Of a stretch of DNA of 64,000 bases, positions 38,930 through 49,115 are shown one piece after another. Where the stretch lies: assembly GCA_964577675.1 (NCBI GenBank), contig CAZNZQ010000001.1, positions 5,875 to 69,874 of the forward strand, written 5' to 3'. Numbering within the stretch: the first letter of the stretch is position 1; every line of letters begins with the position of its first letter. The notes beneath the pieces are model-generated. The model was not told the DNA's origin and searched no databases. It worked only from the letters and a program-made list of their open reading frames with translations. Position numbers and translations under genes: made by a program. This DNA comes from an uncultured Candidatus Saccharibacteria bacterium. Lineage in GTDB: Bacteria > Patescibacteriota > Minisyncoccia > Phycocordibacterales > UBA5272.

Positions 38930-39322
38930 TTATGGCCTCTTGCTAGCAGTGAACTCTTCAACGAGATAATTAACCTTATCGACAAGCTGCCTGCCGACGT
39001 AGTCTACTTTTAGTAAGACCGCGGCAGCTCCTTCTTTTATAGCCTTATTAATCATCTCTATGTCAGAAATATTAGAGCAAACGATGACCGGAATACTAAC
39101 ACTCTCTATTTCTTTTATCTTTTGTAAAAACTCAAAACCATTCACCCCAGGCATCATAAGATCAAGGAGGATAACAGTAGGCAACTCTTCTGCGATAGCG
39201 TCAAATCCGTCTTGACCGTTGTCTTTAGTGACGACCACATAACCATCTTTTTCAAAACTGTGCCTATAAATATCTTGGAGGTCCTTGTTGTCTTCAATGA
39301 TTAAAATTTTTTTCATAAGCAC
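38930..39322 (-). CDS. Single-domain response regulator
   Basis: ILIIED, LLDLMMP, conserved K; no output domain. Confidence 0.9.
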   Translation of the reverse strand: MLMKKILIIEDNKDLQDIYRHSFEKDGYVVVTKDNGQDGFDAIAEELPTVILLDLMMPGVNGFEFLQKIKEIESVSIPVIVCSNISDIEMINKAIKEGAAAVLLKVDYVGRQLVDKVNYLVEEFTASKRP

Positions 39323-40902
39323 TACTTAATGTTAGCTTCTGGTAACTGTATAAAAAACTGAGTCCCTCTTCCTTCTCCTTCAGACTCAGCCCATATCTTT
39401 CCTTTGTGAGCTTCAATAAATTTTTTAGCAAGGTAAAGACCAATACCGGAACCAAGGATATTAACTCTTTTTAGGTCTGCTCGCGAGAACTCTTTGAATA
39501 GATGAGGAATGATATCTTGCTTTATTCCGACACCTGTATCTGAAACTTTTACTATTACTAAGCCTTTTTCATTTCTTACAGAAACGTTAATTGAGCTCTG
39601 AGGGGTGTACTTGAGCGCGTTATCAATAACGTTGGTGAGCACCTCTTTAATCTTTGATTGGTCAGCAAAGACAGCGTGCCTTTCTTTAGTCTCTACCGCT
39701 TTAGTTAAAGTAACACCCTTCTGTTCTGCGTTAATTTGAAACGTACTTAGCACATCATTAACTGTTCTAGCCAAATCAAAGTTGGCTTTAACATATTCTA
39801 TCTGCCCGAGCTCGATCTTGGACTTGTCTAGATACTGAGACAAAAGATTTATAACGTCATTTCCTGAGATAAGAATTTTTTGGAGCAGATCTCTTACCCT
39901 AGGACTAATCTCACCCTTATCTCCATCTAGGAGCATCGTAGCGTACCCACGCATAACAGTAAGAGGGGTTCGTATCTCGTGTGTAGCAAAAGACATAATC
40001 TCTGACTTTTGCTCATTAGCCAGCTCTATCTCAAATGTATTTTTAACAAGCTGAATACCGATGATAAGGGTCAAGAAAAAGACAGCAACGCGGAGTAATA
40101 CCTGTTCAATACTCTCTGCAACAATAAGTTCAATGAGAGAAACGATGCAGAGAAAGAAAGTGAAGAGACCGGCGAAAATATTCTTAACATGGAAGAGCTC
40201 TACGAGATAGATGGCGTAAGCAGTAAATACAATAATCGGGAATATGAAGAGTGCTCCGTACGGAACGAAATCAAAATTTTTGAATCCGATCGGAAGAATG
40301 AAACTAAACAAGAGAAGCAGCCCGGCTGTTAGAGACATACCTGTAAACATGAGCATCACTTGTCTGCGTTCATCTCCTTTGGTCTCATAGACTCTATGGA
40401 GAAGCACCAAAAGTCCAGAAATAAAGAAGCTAAATGTTACTACTGCAGCTAATATAATCCCCTGACTTTGCTCTGGATTAATAACTTCATCTACCGAAAT
40501 GAGACCGCTTACCTGTTTGAAAACAAATGGAATGAGAAGTAGGGACGATGTAAAAAAAGCAAGAGGAAGGAGCACATACCTGTGCCATGCAGGCAAAACC
40601 TTATTCTCATACGGGAATACGAATGCCAACTGGAAGAAAGAGTACGCATGCCAAATGGTGAGGAAGATGTGTAAGCGGAGGGCCAGAAGCGCCAGATCTG
40701 GGTCGGTAAACTTATACAAAAAATAATTAGAAAGTCCCCAAAAGATGGTAACAATAGCAAAGAAAAAGAAACTTCTGCTTGTAATACTGTTAGTGCTACG
40801 AACAAAAACAATGCCGGCCAAAACGAGAATCCCAATGACAGCCACCACCACACCTATTAAGTCAAACTGAATATCAAAAAAAATAGTAGGTAGAAAGTCC
40901 AT
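39322..40902 (-). CDS. Multi-TM sensor histidine kinase
   Basis: Multiple TM helices, ATHEIRTPL H-box, N box, DTGVG, GSGIGL. Confidence 0.92.
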   Translation of the reverse strand: MDFLPTIFFDIQFDLIGVVVAVIGILVLAGIVFVRSTNSITSRSFFFFAIVTIFWGLSNYFLYKFTDPDLALLALRLHIFLTIWHAYSFFQLAFVFPYENKVLPAWHRYVLLPLAFFTSSLLLIPFVFKQVSGLISVDEVINPEQSQGIILAAVVTFSFFISGLLVLLHRVYETKGDERRQVMLMFTGMSLTAGLLLLFSFILPIGFKNFDFVPYGALFIFPIIVFTAYAIYLVELFHVKNIFAGLFTFFLCIVSLIELIVAESIEQVLLRVAVFFLTLIIGIQLVKNTFEIELANEQKSEIMSFATHEIRTPLTVMRGYATMLLDGDKGEISPRVRDLLQKILISGNDVINLLSQYLDKSKIELGQIEYVKANFDLARTVNDVLSTFQINAEQKGVTLTKAVETKERHAVFADQSKIKEVLTNVIDNALKYTPQSSINVSVRNEKGLVIVKVSDTGVGIKQDIIPHLFKEFSRADLKRVNILGSGIGLYLAKKFIEAHKGKIWAESEGEGRGTQFFIQLPEANIK

Positions 40903-40976
40903 ACATGATAATAACTTATATGTGTACTACCTCAAAGTATATCTGCTTTTCTCCATTTCTTGCTGTGTGTAACCGG

Positions 40977-41360
40977 TTATTTGTGGACGCTGTTTTTTTG
41001 CATCAGGATACCTTCTATTTTCTGGACAAGCTCTTTACCAGAATAATCTACCTTAAGGAGCACCGCGGAAGCTCCTGCGGCAAAAGCTTTATCATATGTT
41101 TCCTTATCTGAAAGATTAGAACACACAACGATTGGAACACTAATGCTCGTATTCTCTTTTACTGCGCGCAAGAAAGCAAAGCCATCCATATTAGGCATCA
41201 TAATATCAAGAAGGATGATATCTGGCTTCTTTTCTACTACCGCAGAGATCCCAGAGAGGCCATCTGCTTCTATCACGACATCAAAGCCAGCAACTTCAAA
41301 ATTGATCTTATAGATCTCTTGAAGGCTTTTGTCATCCTCTATAATCATTATTTTTCTCAT
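40977..41360 (-). CDS. Single-domain response regulator (paralog of 38930-39322)
   Basis: IIEDD, LLDIMMP, shared CSN and LLKVDY. Confidence 0.9.
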   Translation of the reverse strand: MRKIMIIEDDKSLQEIYKINFEVAGFDVVIEADGLSGISAVVEKKPDIILLDIMMPNMDGFAFLRAVKENTSISVPIVVCSNLSDKETYDKAFAAGASAVLLKVDYSGKELVQKIEGILMQKNSVHK

Positions 41361-41408
41361 ATTCTTTGCATTATACCACTTCTACCTGGAGTAAAGGAGC
41401 CCGCTCAC

Positions 41409-43043
41409 CTACCTTTTACCGTCTTGGTGAAGTGGTAGGTACACAGAAAAAGTAGAGCCCTTACCCTCTCCCGGTGAGGAAACCTCTATTCTACCCTTAT
41501 GCGCCTCGACTATTGATTGGGCAAGATAGAGTCCAAGACCAGAGCCTCCACCGTTAAGCGCACTTCCGGCTCCACGCCCAAATTTTGTAAACAACTTCTC
41601 TATTGTTTCCTTGCTTATACCTATTCCAGAGTCCGAGACCGAAAACTTCATACTCTCGTCGAGCGCATTCTGAGAAAGTGTCACTCTCACGAATCCTTCT
41701 TTCGTATACTTGATACTATTATCTACTAGGTTAAGAAATACCTGCTTTAGCTTAGTGCTATCTCCTTCTATTGTATAGTCGCGAGTACTATCAATAACAC
41801 TTTCGAACGTAAGCCCTCTATCTTCTGCCGCTATCCTCATATCACTCGAAAGATCTTCGGCTATTTTTTTAATATCCACCAAACCGAACTCATACTTCAT
41901 GCCTCCTTGTTCAATCTTAGTCACATTAAGAAAATCCTCTACCACGTTAGCAAGTCCTTGTGCTGCAGTGTAGATATGTCTCACTATCTCTTTTTGTTTA
42001 GGTTCAAGCTCACCGACAACACCATCAGTCAGGGTAGATGCATATCCTTTTATGACTGTAAGCGGGCTACGGAGTTGGTGAGAGGCAAGTGAGATGAACT
42101 CACTCTTTAACGTATCGAGAGATTGAAGTTTTTTATTAGCAACTTCTAATTCTTGGTTAATGTTTTTAATTCTTTTGTTAAGACTAAGCGTATGCTCTAA
42201 AGAAAGCCTTTCATTCTTACTCATCTTTACAAGATAATATCCTGTTACTAATGCTATCAAAAAAACGATAGCACTTACCAAAAGATTTTTTGTCGAGTCT
42301 GCAAAAAGTATCTGAGAAAAGGTAATAATACAGAGAAGTACCACTCCAGTATTAATAGCAACAAGTTTAATGTTCATCGAGTTAAACTTAATGATAGAGT
42401 ACGTTGTAAAAGAAACGAGAATAATAGTAAAGTATTGCCCAACCCAATTATAATCAAAGATACCTACCCAAGGTAAAAATAAATTAGTCACAAAAGCAAT
42501 ATTGGCTGACATAAGATATCCGATAAATAAATACCAGAGCTTATGATGATGTTTAACAATAAGATAAAAATATCGAGAAAAAGCAAGGATAAACGGCACA
42601 AGAATTATCCCCATATAGAGTAAGTATCCGGGGCCAAACACTATGGAAGGCTCTCCTCCTATAACCTTAGTTGCGGACACAACTATTAAATTACTAAACA
42701 TAGTAAGTAGGGATGTTGCTACAGCAAGTAGAGTAACAAGGCCTACATATAGCTCAGCGCGCTTTATTTTTACAGGATAGTAAAAAGTAAACTGCATATA
42801 CGTAACTCCTATGAAAATTGCAGAAGTATAGAGGGCTCGCAACCAAAACGAAATGTCATCGTTTTGTGATCTAAAAAATATCATTGTCACGATCCACAAA
42901 AGAAGCATAATGATATTAATTGCGTGCACACGAGTTTCTATATTAGCTCCTACGCTCCTTATCATAGGTATAAGAAGTGCTAGATTAAACAGCGTAATAA
43001 TAACTAGGAGCGTATTAATAGTGTCAAAAACAATTGAATTCAT
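41409..43043 (-). CDS. Multi-TM sensor histidine kinase
   Basis: Multiple TM helices, ASHQLRSPL H-box, DSGIG, GSGLGL. Confidence 0.92.
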   Translation of the reverse strand: MNSIVFDTINTLLVIITLFNLALLIPMIRSVGANIETRVHAINIIMLLLWIVTMIFFRSQNDDISFWLRALYTSAIFIGVTYMQFTFYYPVKIKRAELYVGLVTLLAVATSLLTMFSNLIVVSATKVIGGEPSIVFGPGYLLYMGIILVPFILAFSRYFYLIVKHHHKLWYLFIGYLMSANIAFVTNLFLPWVGIFDYNWVGQYFTIILVSFTTYSIIKFNSMNIKLVAINTGVVLLCIITFSQILFADSTKNLLVSAIVFLIALVTGYYLVKMSKNERLSLEHTLSLNKRIKNINQELEVANKKLQSLDTLKSEFISLASHQLRSPLTVIKGYASTLTDGVVGELEPKQKEIVRHIYTAAQGLANVVEDFLNVTKIEQGGMKYEFGLVDIKKIAEDLSSDMRIAAEDRGLTFESVIDSTRDYTIEGDSTKLKQVFLNLVDNSIKYTKEGFVRVTLSQNALDESMKFSVSDSGIGISKETIEKLFTKFGRGAGSALNGGGSGLGLYLAQSIVEAHKGRIEVSSPGEGKGSTFSVYLPLHQDGKR

Positions 43044-43065
43044 CGTTACCAAAAAGTATATAACA

Positions 43066-43090
43066 AAAAGCGCCGGATTTTATCCGGCGC
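43066..43090 (-). terminator. Intrinsic terminator
   Basis: gcgccgga/tccggcgc stem with a U tract on the minus strand. Confidence 0.7.
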
Positions 43091-43116
43091 CCCCCAAAGA
43101 GGGGGACAAAGAACTT

Positions 43117-44001
43117 TCATGACAATCTTTCAATGACAATCTCGTAAGGCAGACCTGGAATAGCCGCACAGCAAGGTGCTGCATTTCCGTATCCGAATGG
43201 AAAAGCGGGGAATGATTCCCCATTTACTCCAGCTAGGTGATATACTCTCACCACTTTTTCTTTTAGTTCTTCGAGAACTTTTCCGCTTGGTGGCGGATAG
43301 ACCTCGTTTAGAACCACGGTCCTTGCTGTGAATCCTTTCATATGCTTTTTGATCGCGTCAGGAGTTGATATGTCAACCACTATGTGATTTAAAGAGTGGG
43401 CAACAAAAAAATCATGTTTATCTACCCCATACACAGTGACACCATTTTTCCCAAGAAGGCGAACTACCTCCCTCCCCACAAAACCAAGAGAGCCAAGAAT
43501 GGTAACTATATTTTGGGGTCCATGATGCAAGTTTTTTCGTAGTGCAGTAATTGCCCTTACCACATTTTCTGCTGTGGCTTGTTGCTCAACGTTATCTCTA
43601 CGCACCTTAAGACGCGCAAAAACTCCAGGCAAAATACCGGCAAAATGAGTAGTTCCACCCTCTTTACATATCCTCCTTGCTAAACCAAGAACCTCTTCAT
43701 GTAGCTGTTTCAATACCTCCTCGTGTATGCCAGAAAGAAACATCTTGTCATTTGCTGTGATTGCGAGCGAAAGAGTCCGTCTACCGTCTGGGTGTGTTAT
43801 GAATCCAGCAAAACGTGGTTTGAATCGCATGTTTTCTTGCCTGAAACGGAAGAAGTAGTGATCAGCATAACCCTGTTCTCCAGGGTACATGACAAACACT
43901 GCAGAGAATATCTTTCTCTTTTCCAAAAAAGCACGCCCACCCTTACTAAAAAGGATCAGATGCATAGCTTCGAGGAATAATTTTCGAATGAATGCTTTCA
44001 A
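43117..44001 (-). CDS. Rossmann-fold protein resembling acyl-ACP reductase / amino-acid dehydrogenase-like families
   Basis: ILGSLGFVG dinucleotide-binding motif, LNEVYPP, C-terminal APCCAA; TTG start with GGAGG upstream. Confidence 0.5.
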   Translation of the reverse strand: MKAFIRKLFLEAMHLILFSKGGRAFLEKRKIFSAVFVMYPGEQGYADHYFFRFRQENMRFKPRFAGFITHPDGRRTLSLAITANDKMFLSGIHEEVLKQLHEEVLGLARRICKEGGTTHFAGILPGVFARLKVRRDNVEQQATAENVVRAITALRKNLHHGPQNIVTILGSLGFVGREVVRLLGKNGVTVYGVDKHDFFVAHSLNHIVVDISTPDAIKKHMKGFTARTVVLNEVYPPPSGKVLEELKEKVVRVYHLAGVNGESFPAFPFGYGNAAPCCAAIPGLPYEIVIERLS

Positions 44002-44126
44002 AGGAGCCCTCCAAAAAAATTAAAAAGTAATGATGTGCGAACACTAACAATAACCTAAAGGCATACTGTAAGGTTGCTCTAATAAGTATTATACAATAAA
44101 AATATATTTTTGTATAGGCACCCTTT

Positions 44127-46067
44127 CTATCCAACCAAGCTATAGTCAATAATTTTGAGATCAAGGTTCGCTCCTTTTACTTTTATCTTAACAGGTGTTC
44201 CGATTTTCCACTCGATACCGCTACGCTCACCGAACACTCTGTTATTTTTCGCATCGTGAACATAGAAGTCATTTCCGAGATCGCGCAGCTTAATCATTCC
44301 TTCGCACTTACTCTTCTTTTCTTCTACATAGAGTCCCCACTCAGAAATACCAGAGACCATGCCATCAAACTCTTGTCCCACACGATATGACATGTATTCT
44401 ACCTGCTTGTACTTGATACTACCGCGCTCAGCGTCTGACGCTTCCTTTTCCCGACGTGATGCCTGCAGACACAGCTTATCGAACAGACCCCTCTCCTCTT
44501 CTCTCGGATAATCCTTTTCGAGAACTCTCATAAGCAACCTGTGTGTGAGCACGTCTGGGTAACGTCTAATCGGTGACGTGAAGTGAGAGTAGTAATCAAA
44601 AGCAAGACCATAATGTCCGATATTTTTGGTACTATAAATCGCTTTCGCCATTGAGCGAGTGATATGCATCTGCAGGAGCGGCTTTTCTGGTCTATCTCCC
44701 ATCTTTGCAAGGAGAGCATTCAGCTCTGTAGAAGCAATGAGCCCGTCCATAAATCGAACGTTATACCCGAGACTTCTAATATAAAGATCGAGGTCATGCA
44801 TGCGATCAGCATCCGGCTTATCGTGGATACGGTAGACACAGATTGCTTTTCCTTCTCCTACTTTTTCTTCCTGCTTCTTGGTAATAAAATTGCTCACATA
44901 CTTATTAGCTAAGAGCATGTACTCTTCTATAAGCTTATGCGTGTCGCCGCGTTCTTTAGTATAAACATCAATTGGCACACCTTTCTCATCAAGCTTAAAT
45001 TTTACTTCTTCGGTCTCAAGTGAAAGCGCCCCTCCCTCAAACCGTTTCTTTGTGAGTGTCTTTGCAATCTTGTTAAGAATAGTTAACTCTTCGTAAAAGT
45101 CCCCTTTCCCGGTATCGAGCGTAATCTGCGCATCTTCATAGGTGTATCTCCTATGAGAATTAATAACAGACCTTCCATACCATTCACCATATACTTCCCC
45201 TTCGTCATCTAGCTCAAGCACACATGACATCACCAACCGGTCTTGTCCTTGCACGAGAGAACAGAGGTCGTTAGAGAGTACTTCTGGAAGCATTGGGATA
45301 CATCTATCCACAAGATAGACGGATGTCTCGCGCGCGATTGCGTCTTCATCGAGCGCCATCCCTGGGCGGACGTAATATGAGACGTCAGCAATATGAACCC
45401 CAACTTCATAGCGACCATTTTCTAATTTTTTAAAGGAAATAGCATCATCAAAATCTTTCGCATCAATTGGGTCGACGGTAAACGTAGGCACCTGACGGAA
45501 GTCTCTTCGCCCTGCTTTATCTTCTTCCGTGATGCCGCGTGACTTAATGGCATTAGCCTCATCTACTACAGCGTGATTATGTTCGTCAGAAAACCCTCGC
45601 TCAAGAGCATAAGCGAGCATCTCGGCGTTATTATCTCCAGGCATTCCGAGCACCGCTGATATTACGCCGATCGGAGACTTCTTCGGATCTGACCATTCGA
45701 TAAGGGAAGCTATTACCTTCATCCCAGGCTCTGCATCATGAAGATGATTAGCGTCTATCAAGATGTCGGTATACATCTTCTTATCATCCGGCACCAAGAA
45801 ATACATACCGTGATCTTGCTCCAAGACACCTGCGTACCCTTTCTTGCTTCGTTCAATAACTTGAGTTACCTTGCCGTATAATTCTTGCTCTCCTTTCTGA
45901 TTAGTGTGCTTACCAAGAAGTTCTACCTCCACTGTGTCATAGTGAAGCGCAGTATTAAGATGAGAGTGGTCAACAAAAATAGAACCCTCAGCCTCTAGCT
46001 CAGAAACACGTACATAGCCATCTTTTTTAGAGGTAATGGCAATAGAACCTGTATAGAGTCGTTGCAT
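44127..46067 (-). CDS. rnr: Ribonuclease R
   Basis: DPIDAKDFDDA, HFTSPIRRYPD, C-terminal S1 domain. Confidence 0.93.
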   Translation of the reverse strand: MQRLYTGSIAITSKKDGYVRVSELEAEGSIFVDHSHLNTALHYDTVEVELLGKHTNQKGEQELYGKVTQVIERSKKGYAGVLEQDHGMYFLVPDDKKMYTDILIDANHLHDAEPGMKVIASLIEWSDPKKSPIGVISAVLGMPGDNNAEMLAYALERGFSDEHNHAVVDEANAIKSRGITEEDKAGRRDFRQVPTFTVDPIDAKDFDDAISFKKLENGRYEVGVHIADVSYYVRPGMALDEDAIARETSVYLVDRCIPMLPEVLSNDLCSLVQGQDRLVMSCVLELDDEGEVYGEWYGRSVINSHRRYTYEDAQITLDTGKGDFYEELTILNKIAKTLTKKRFEGGALSLETEEVKFKLDEKGVPIDVYTKERGDTHKLIEEYMLLANKYVSNFITKKQEEKVGEGKAICVYRIHDKPDADRMHDLDLYIRSLGYNVRFMDGLIASTELNALLAKMGDRPEKPLLQMHITRSMAKAIYSTKNIGHYGLAFDYYSHFTSPIRRYPDVLTHRLLMRVLEKDYPREEERGLFDKLCLQASRREKEASDAERGSIKYKQVEYMSYRVGQEFDGMVSGISEWGLYVEEKKSKCEGMIKLRDLGNDFYVHDAKNNRVFGERSGIEWKIGTPVKIKVKGANLDLKIIDYSLVG

Positions 46068-46275
46068 ATAGAGGCTATTCTAGCACAAGACACAGACAGT
46101 AGACAGTAAGTCTACTGGGGTGCAGAGTAGTCAGCCAAGCTTTTAGTGATTTGCCTTTATCTTCCTGCACTTTCCTCATTCTCCCCAAAAGCTCCCAACC
46201 ATTTCCATGCGACAAAAGTCCAGAATAACTAGAAATATACACTCTACAAGCGAAGCGGTCTAGATTCTTCCCCAT

Positions 46276-48516
46276 CTACCCTCTCGCGTACCCACCTGCG
46301 TCTTTTAGGTTAATGGAGAGGAGCTTAGACCCGCCTTCTACGCCAAGCGTCACTCCGTAGAGCATGTCACAGTGATTCATTGTCTCACGGTTGTGGGTAA
46401 TCACGAGAAGCTTACTCTTCTCTGCTAATCTCCTCATCATAGCGCCGTACTTTCGTGCGTTACTCTCATCAAGCGGTGCGTCTGTTTCGTCGAGCACCAT
46501 AAACGGAGGAGGTGTCACCTGAGACATAGCGAAGAGAAGTGCGATAGAGACGAGAGCTCTCTCGCCACCTGAAAACATGGCGAGCTCTTTTACTTTCTTA
46601 TTCGGAAGACTTACGTCTAAATCAATTCCCTCTTCCACCTCTTCATTACCATCTTCATCTGTTTTCTTCAAAGTAACACGTGACAACTTAGCCTTCCCTC
46701 CTGGATATACCTCGTGGAAAAATGTTGTGAATATCTTAGAAACCTCCTCAACACCATGAGCGAAGCGTTCGCTTAGCGTAGTCGTTAATTCTTCTATTAA
46801 TTGAAGCAGTTTACCTTCTGTCTCACGAATATCGAGAAGCTCCTTAGAGAGATACTCCTCGCGCTCCTTGGTGGTCGCATATTCTGTAAGAATCTCTTCA
46901 CGATTAGGAACACTCGCCTCTTCGATACGAAGCTTGGACCGCTCTATCGCACGTGTCAGGTCAGTATCTGACATAGCGACAACATTAGGATCGTCATTTG
47001 ATTCCCTATACTCAAGAATCACTCTTCCAACAATAAGAACACCCTCTTCGAGGAGCGCTTTCCATCTTGCTGTCCTGTCGCCAAGCTCCCTCTCTTCTTG
47101 CTCACGAAGGCGTATCTCACTTCCGAGTTCGCGGAGCTTGCTCTCTAAAAGCACCTTTTTCTTTTCTTCCTCATGACGAGAGATGATTCCTTCGTTTACA
47201 GAACTACTCAACCTTTCTATCTGTTCACTTACAATTCTTACCGAACCAGTAAGGGCAAGCGCTGTCTTTTCATGTTCACTGATTCTTTCACTTACTTCAC
47301 TAATGTCTTTTTCTAGGTCCTCTTTTCTCGTCTTGTCGTCATACAGATACTTTTGGAAGAAAGAGCTGGCCTCTTCTTTTAAAACGTCTACTGCCTCAAT
47401 AGCTTTCTCCTCTTCTCCAGTAACAATGGCACGAGCAATGGAGGAGAGCCCATTTTCAATAAGTGTCGCACCTGCTCGCAAATCCTTTTCTTCTATTGTG
47501 ACACTAGTCACTTCTACCTCCCTCTTTAGTTCACGCTCTAGATATGACTTCTCAGCCTCAAGTCGTCCTAGGGTTTTCGTTACTTCACGAAGCTTCTCTT
47601 CATTAAGCGACTTTTCTGCATAGAGTCTTTCTTTTTCTAGATTAATAGATATGGCCACATCTTCTCGCTTAACGCTTTTTAAGAGCTCGAGCTCCTTCTC
47701 TATTGTGTCTCTGACAAGATGAAGCGACGTCGCGGTGCCTCTTTCGTACATTTCCCCTTTCCTTCTTTCAAGCTCACGTTCTTCTCTTTTTAAATACACG
47801 ACTAAAAGTCTATGGAGTTTCTGACGCTCTTCTTCTTGTGACTCTATTTTTTTTACCTGTCGTTCCAGGTGTGCAAGGTGTGGCCTTATCTCATTACGAA
47901 GGAGTTCTATCTCTCGCACGTGAGATTTTACTTTTTCTAACTTACGACTGCTTTCGTTCAACCGAAGATGAAACACACGGAGCCCAAGAGCGTCTTCTAG
48001 TGCTTCTTTTCTTTCACGGGGGTTCGCTAACAGTATCTTATCGGCTTCACCTTGATTAATAATGGTATGAGCGCTACCACCAATACCTGCGAAGGACAAT
48101 AATTCCTGCACGTCCTTGAGGCGAACTTTTGCATCGTTTAACGTATACTCACTTCCTCCATCTGCATAAATAGTACGCGAGAGCGTAAGTTCATCATATA
48201 CAAGGTATGAAGCAAGGTCTTCGCTAATATGAGAAGTGCTGATGCGCGATTTATCCTTGTTATCTATGACCATCGTGACAGTTGCTCGCGACATGGGAGA
48301 AAGATGTTCAGAGCCCTTAAAAATAACATCACTTCCTGACTTGGAACGCATACTCTTCATTGACTGCTCACCCAAGACGAAGCGGATTGCTTCTGCGATG
48401 TTACTCTTACCACTTCCGTTTGGGCCAACAACACCTGTCACCTGATGTGTGACATCGAGAGTAGTTTTCTTGGCAAAAGACTTGAAGCCGTGGACAGTAA
48501 TGTGAGATAGATGCAT
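46276..48516 (-). CDS. smc: SMC-family ATPase, short (746 aa)
   Basis: GFKSF, GPNGSGKSN, FSGGE, LDETDAPLD, ITH. Confidence 0.85.
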   Translation of the reverse strand: MHLSHITVHGFKSFAKKTTLDVTHQVTGVVGPNGSGKSNIAEAIRFVLGEQSMKSMRSKSGSDVIFKGSEHLSPMSRATVTMVIDNKDKSRISTSHISEDLASYLVYDELTLSRTIYADGGSEYTLNDAKVRLKDVQELLSFAGIGGSAHTIINQGEADKILLANPRERKEALEDALGLRVFHLRLNESSRKLEKVKSHVREIELLRNEIRPHLAHLERQVKKIESQEEERQKLHRLLVVYLKREERELERRKGEMYERGTATSLHLVRDTIEKELELLKSVKREDVAISINLEKERLYAEKSLNEEKLREVTKTLGRLEAEKSYLERELKREVEVTSVTIEEKDLRAGATLIENGLSSIARAIVTGEEEKAIEAVDVLKEEASSFFQKYLYDDKTRKEDLEKDISEVSERISEHEKTALALTGSVRIVSEQIERLSSSVNEGIISRHEEEKKKVLLESKLRELGSEIRLREQEERELGDRTARWKALLEEGVLIVGRVILEYRESNDDPNVVAMSDTDLTRAIERSKLRIEEASVPNREEILTEYATTKEREEYLSKELLDIRETEGKLLQLIEELTTTLSERFAHGVEEVSKIFTTFFHEVYPGGKAKLSRVTLKKTDEDGNEEVEEGIDLDVSLPNKKVKELAMFSGGERALVSIALLFAMSQVTPPPFMVLDETDAPLDESNARKYGAMMRRLAEKSKLLVITHNRETMNHCDMLYGVTLGVEGGSKLLSINLKDAGGYARG

Positions 48517-48615
48517 AAGGGTGGCGTATAGTTGCTAGGGTGTAGCGCATAGAAAAACCAAAACCAGCACCCCAAGATGAACAAAGTGTAGCACGAAGAT
48601 TATCCCACTAATTGT

Positions 48616-49053
48616 TTATAGAGTAAAAAGAAAGATGAGCCCAAAGATGAGCAACATGGTCACAATACCCCCGACTAAAATTCCCCCTACTATGTCTTTG
48701 TAGTCGTGCACCTTACCCTTAACCCTAGCTAAAAGAATTATGCCTGACGATACAGCAATAAATATAGAGACAGGATCGCCGAGAGTGGAAACAATAAGTG
48801 AAGAGAGTCCAGCTGCATGACTAGAAGGAAACGCATACATATTACCTGTTGTAAACATCTGCTCTTTTACATTTCTTTTCTTGGCAATAATCCGCTTCAA
48901 GAGCTTGGTCATAAGGACTGAGATACAAGAGAACATCCCCGACAGAATAAGAGCAACGGGGAACCCTAGGATAAACAGAAAGTAAGCACTCACCATGACG
49001 ACAACAATATAGATATAGTATTGTGCGAAAAATCGGATTAGGGGTGTTTTCAT
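48616..49053 (-). CDS. PAP2-family phosphatase
   Basis: FPSSH and ARV...H...D motifs. Confidence 0.8.
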   Translation of the reverse strand: MKTPLIRFFAQYYIYIVVVMVSAYFLFILGFPVALILSGMFSCISVLMTKLLKRIIAKKRNVKEQMFTTGNMYAFPSSHAAGLSSLIVSTLGDPVSIFIAVSSGIILLARVKGKVHDYKDIVGGILVGGIVTMLLIFGLIFLFTL

Positions 49054-49115
49054 GAATGTAAGTATAGCATTCTGTCTTTGCCTTAGGTGGCGCACCAATA
49101 TGCTACACTTCTCTA

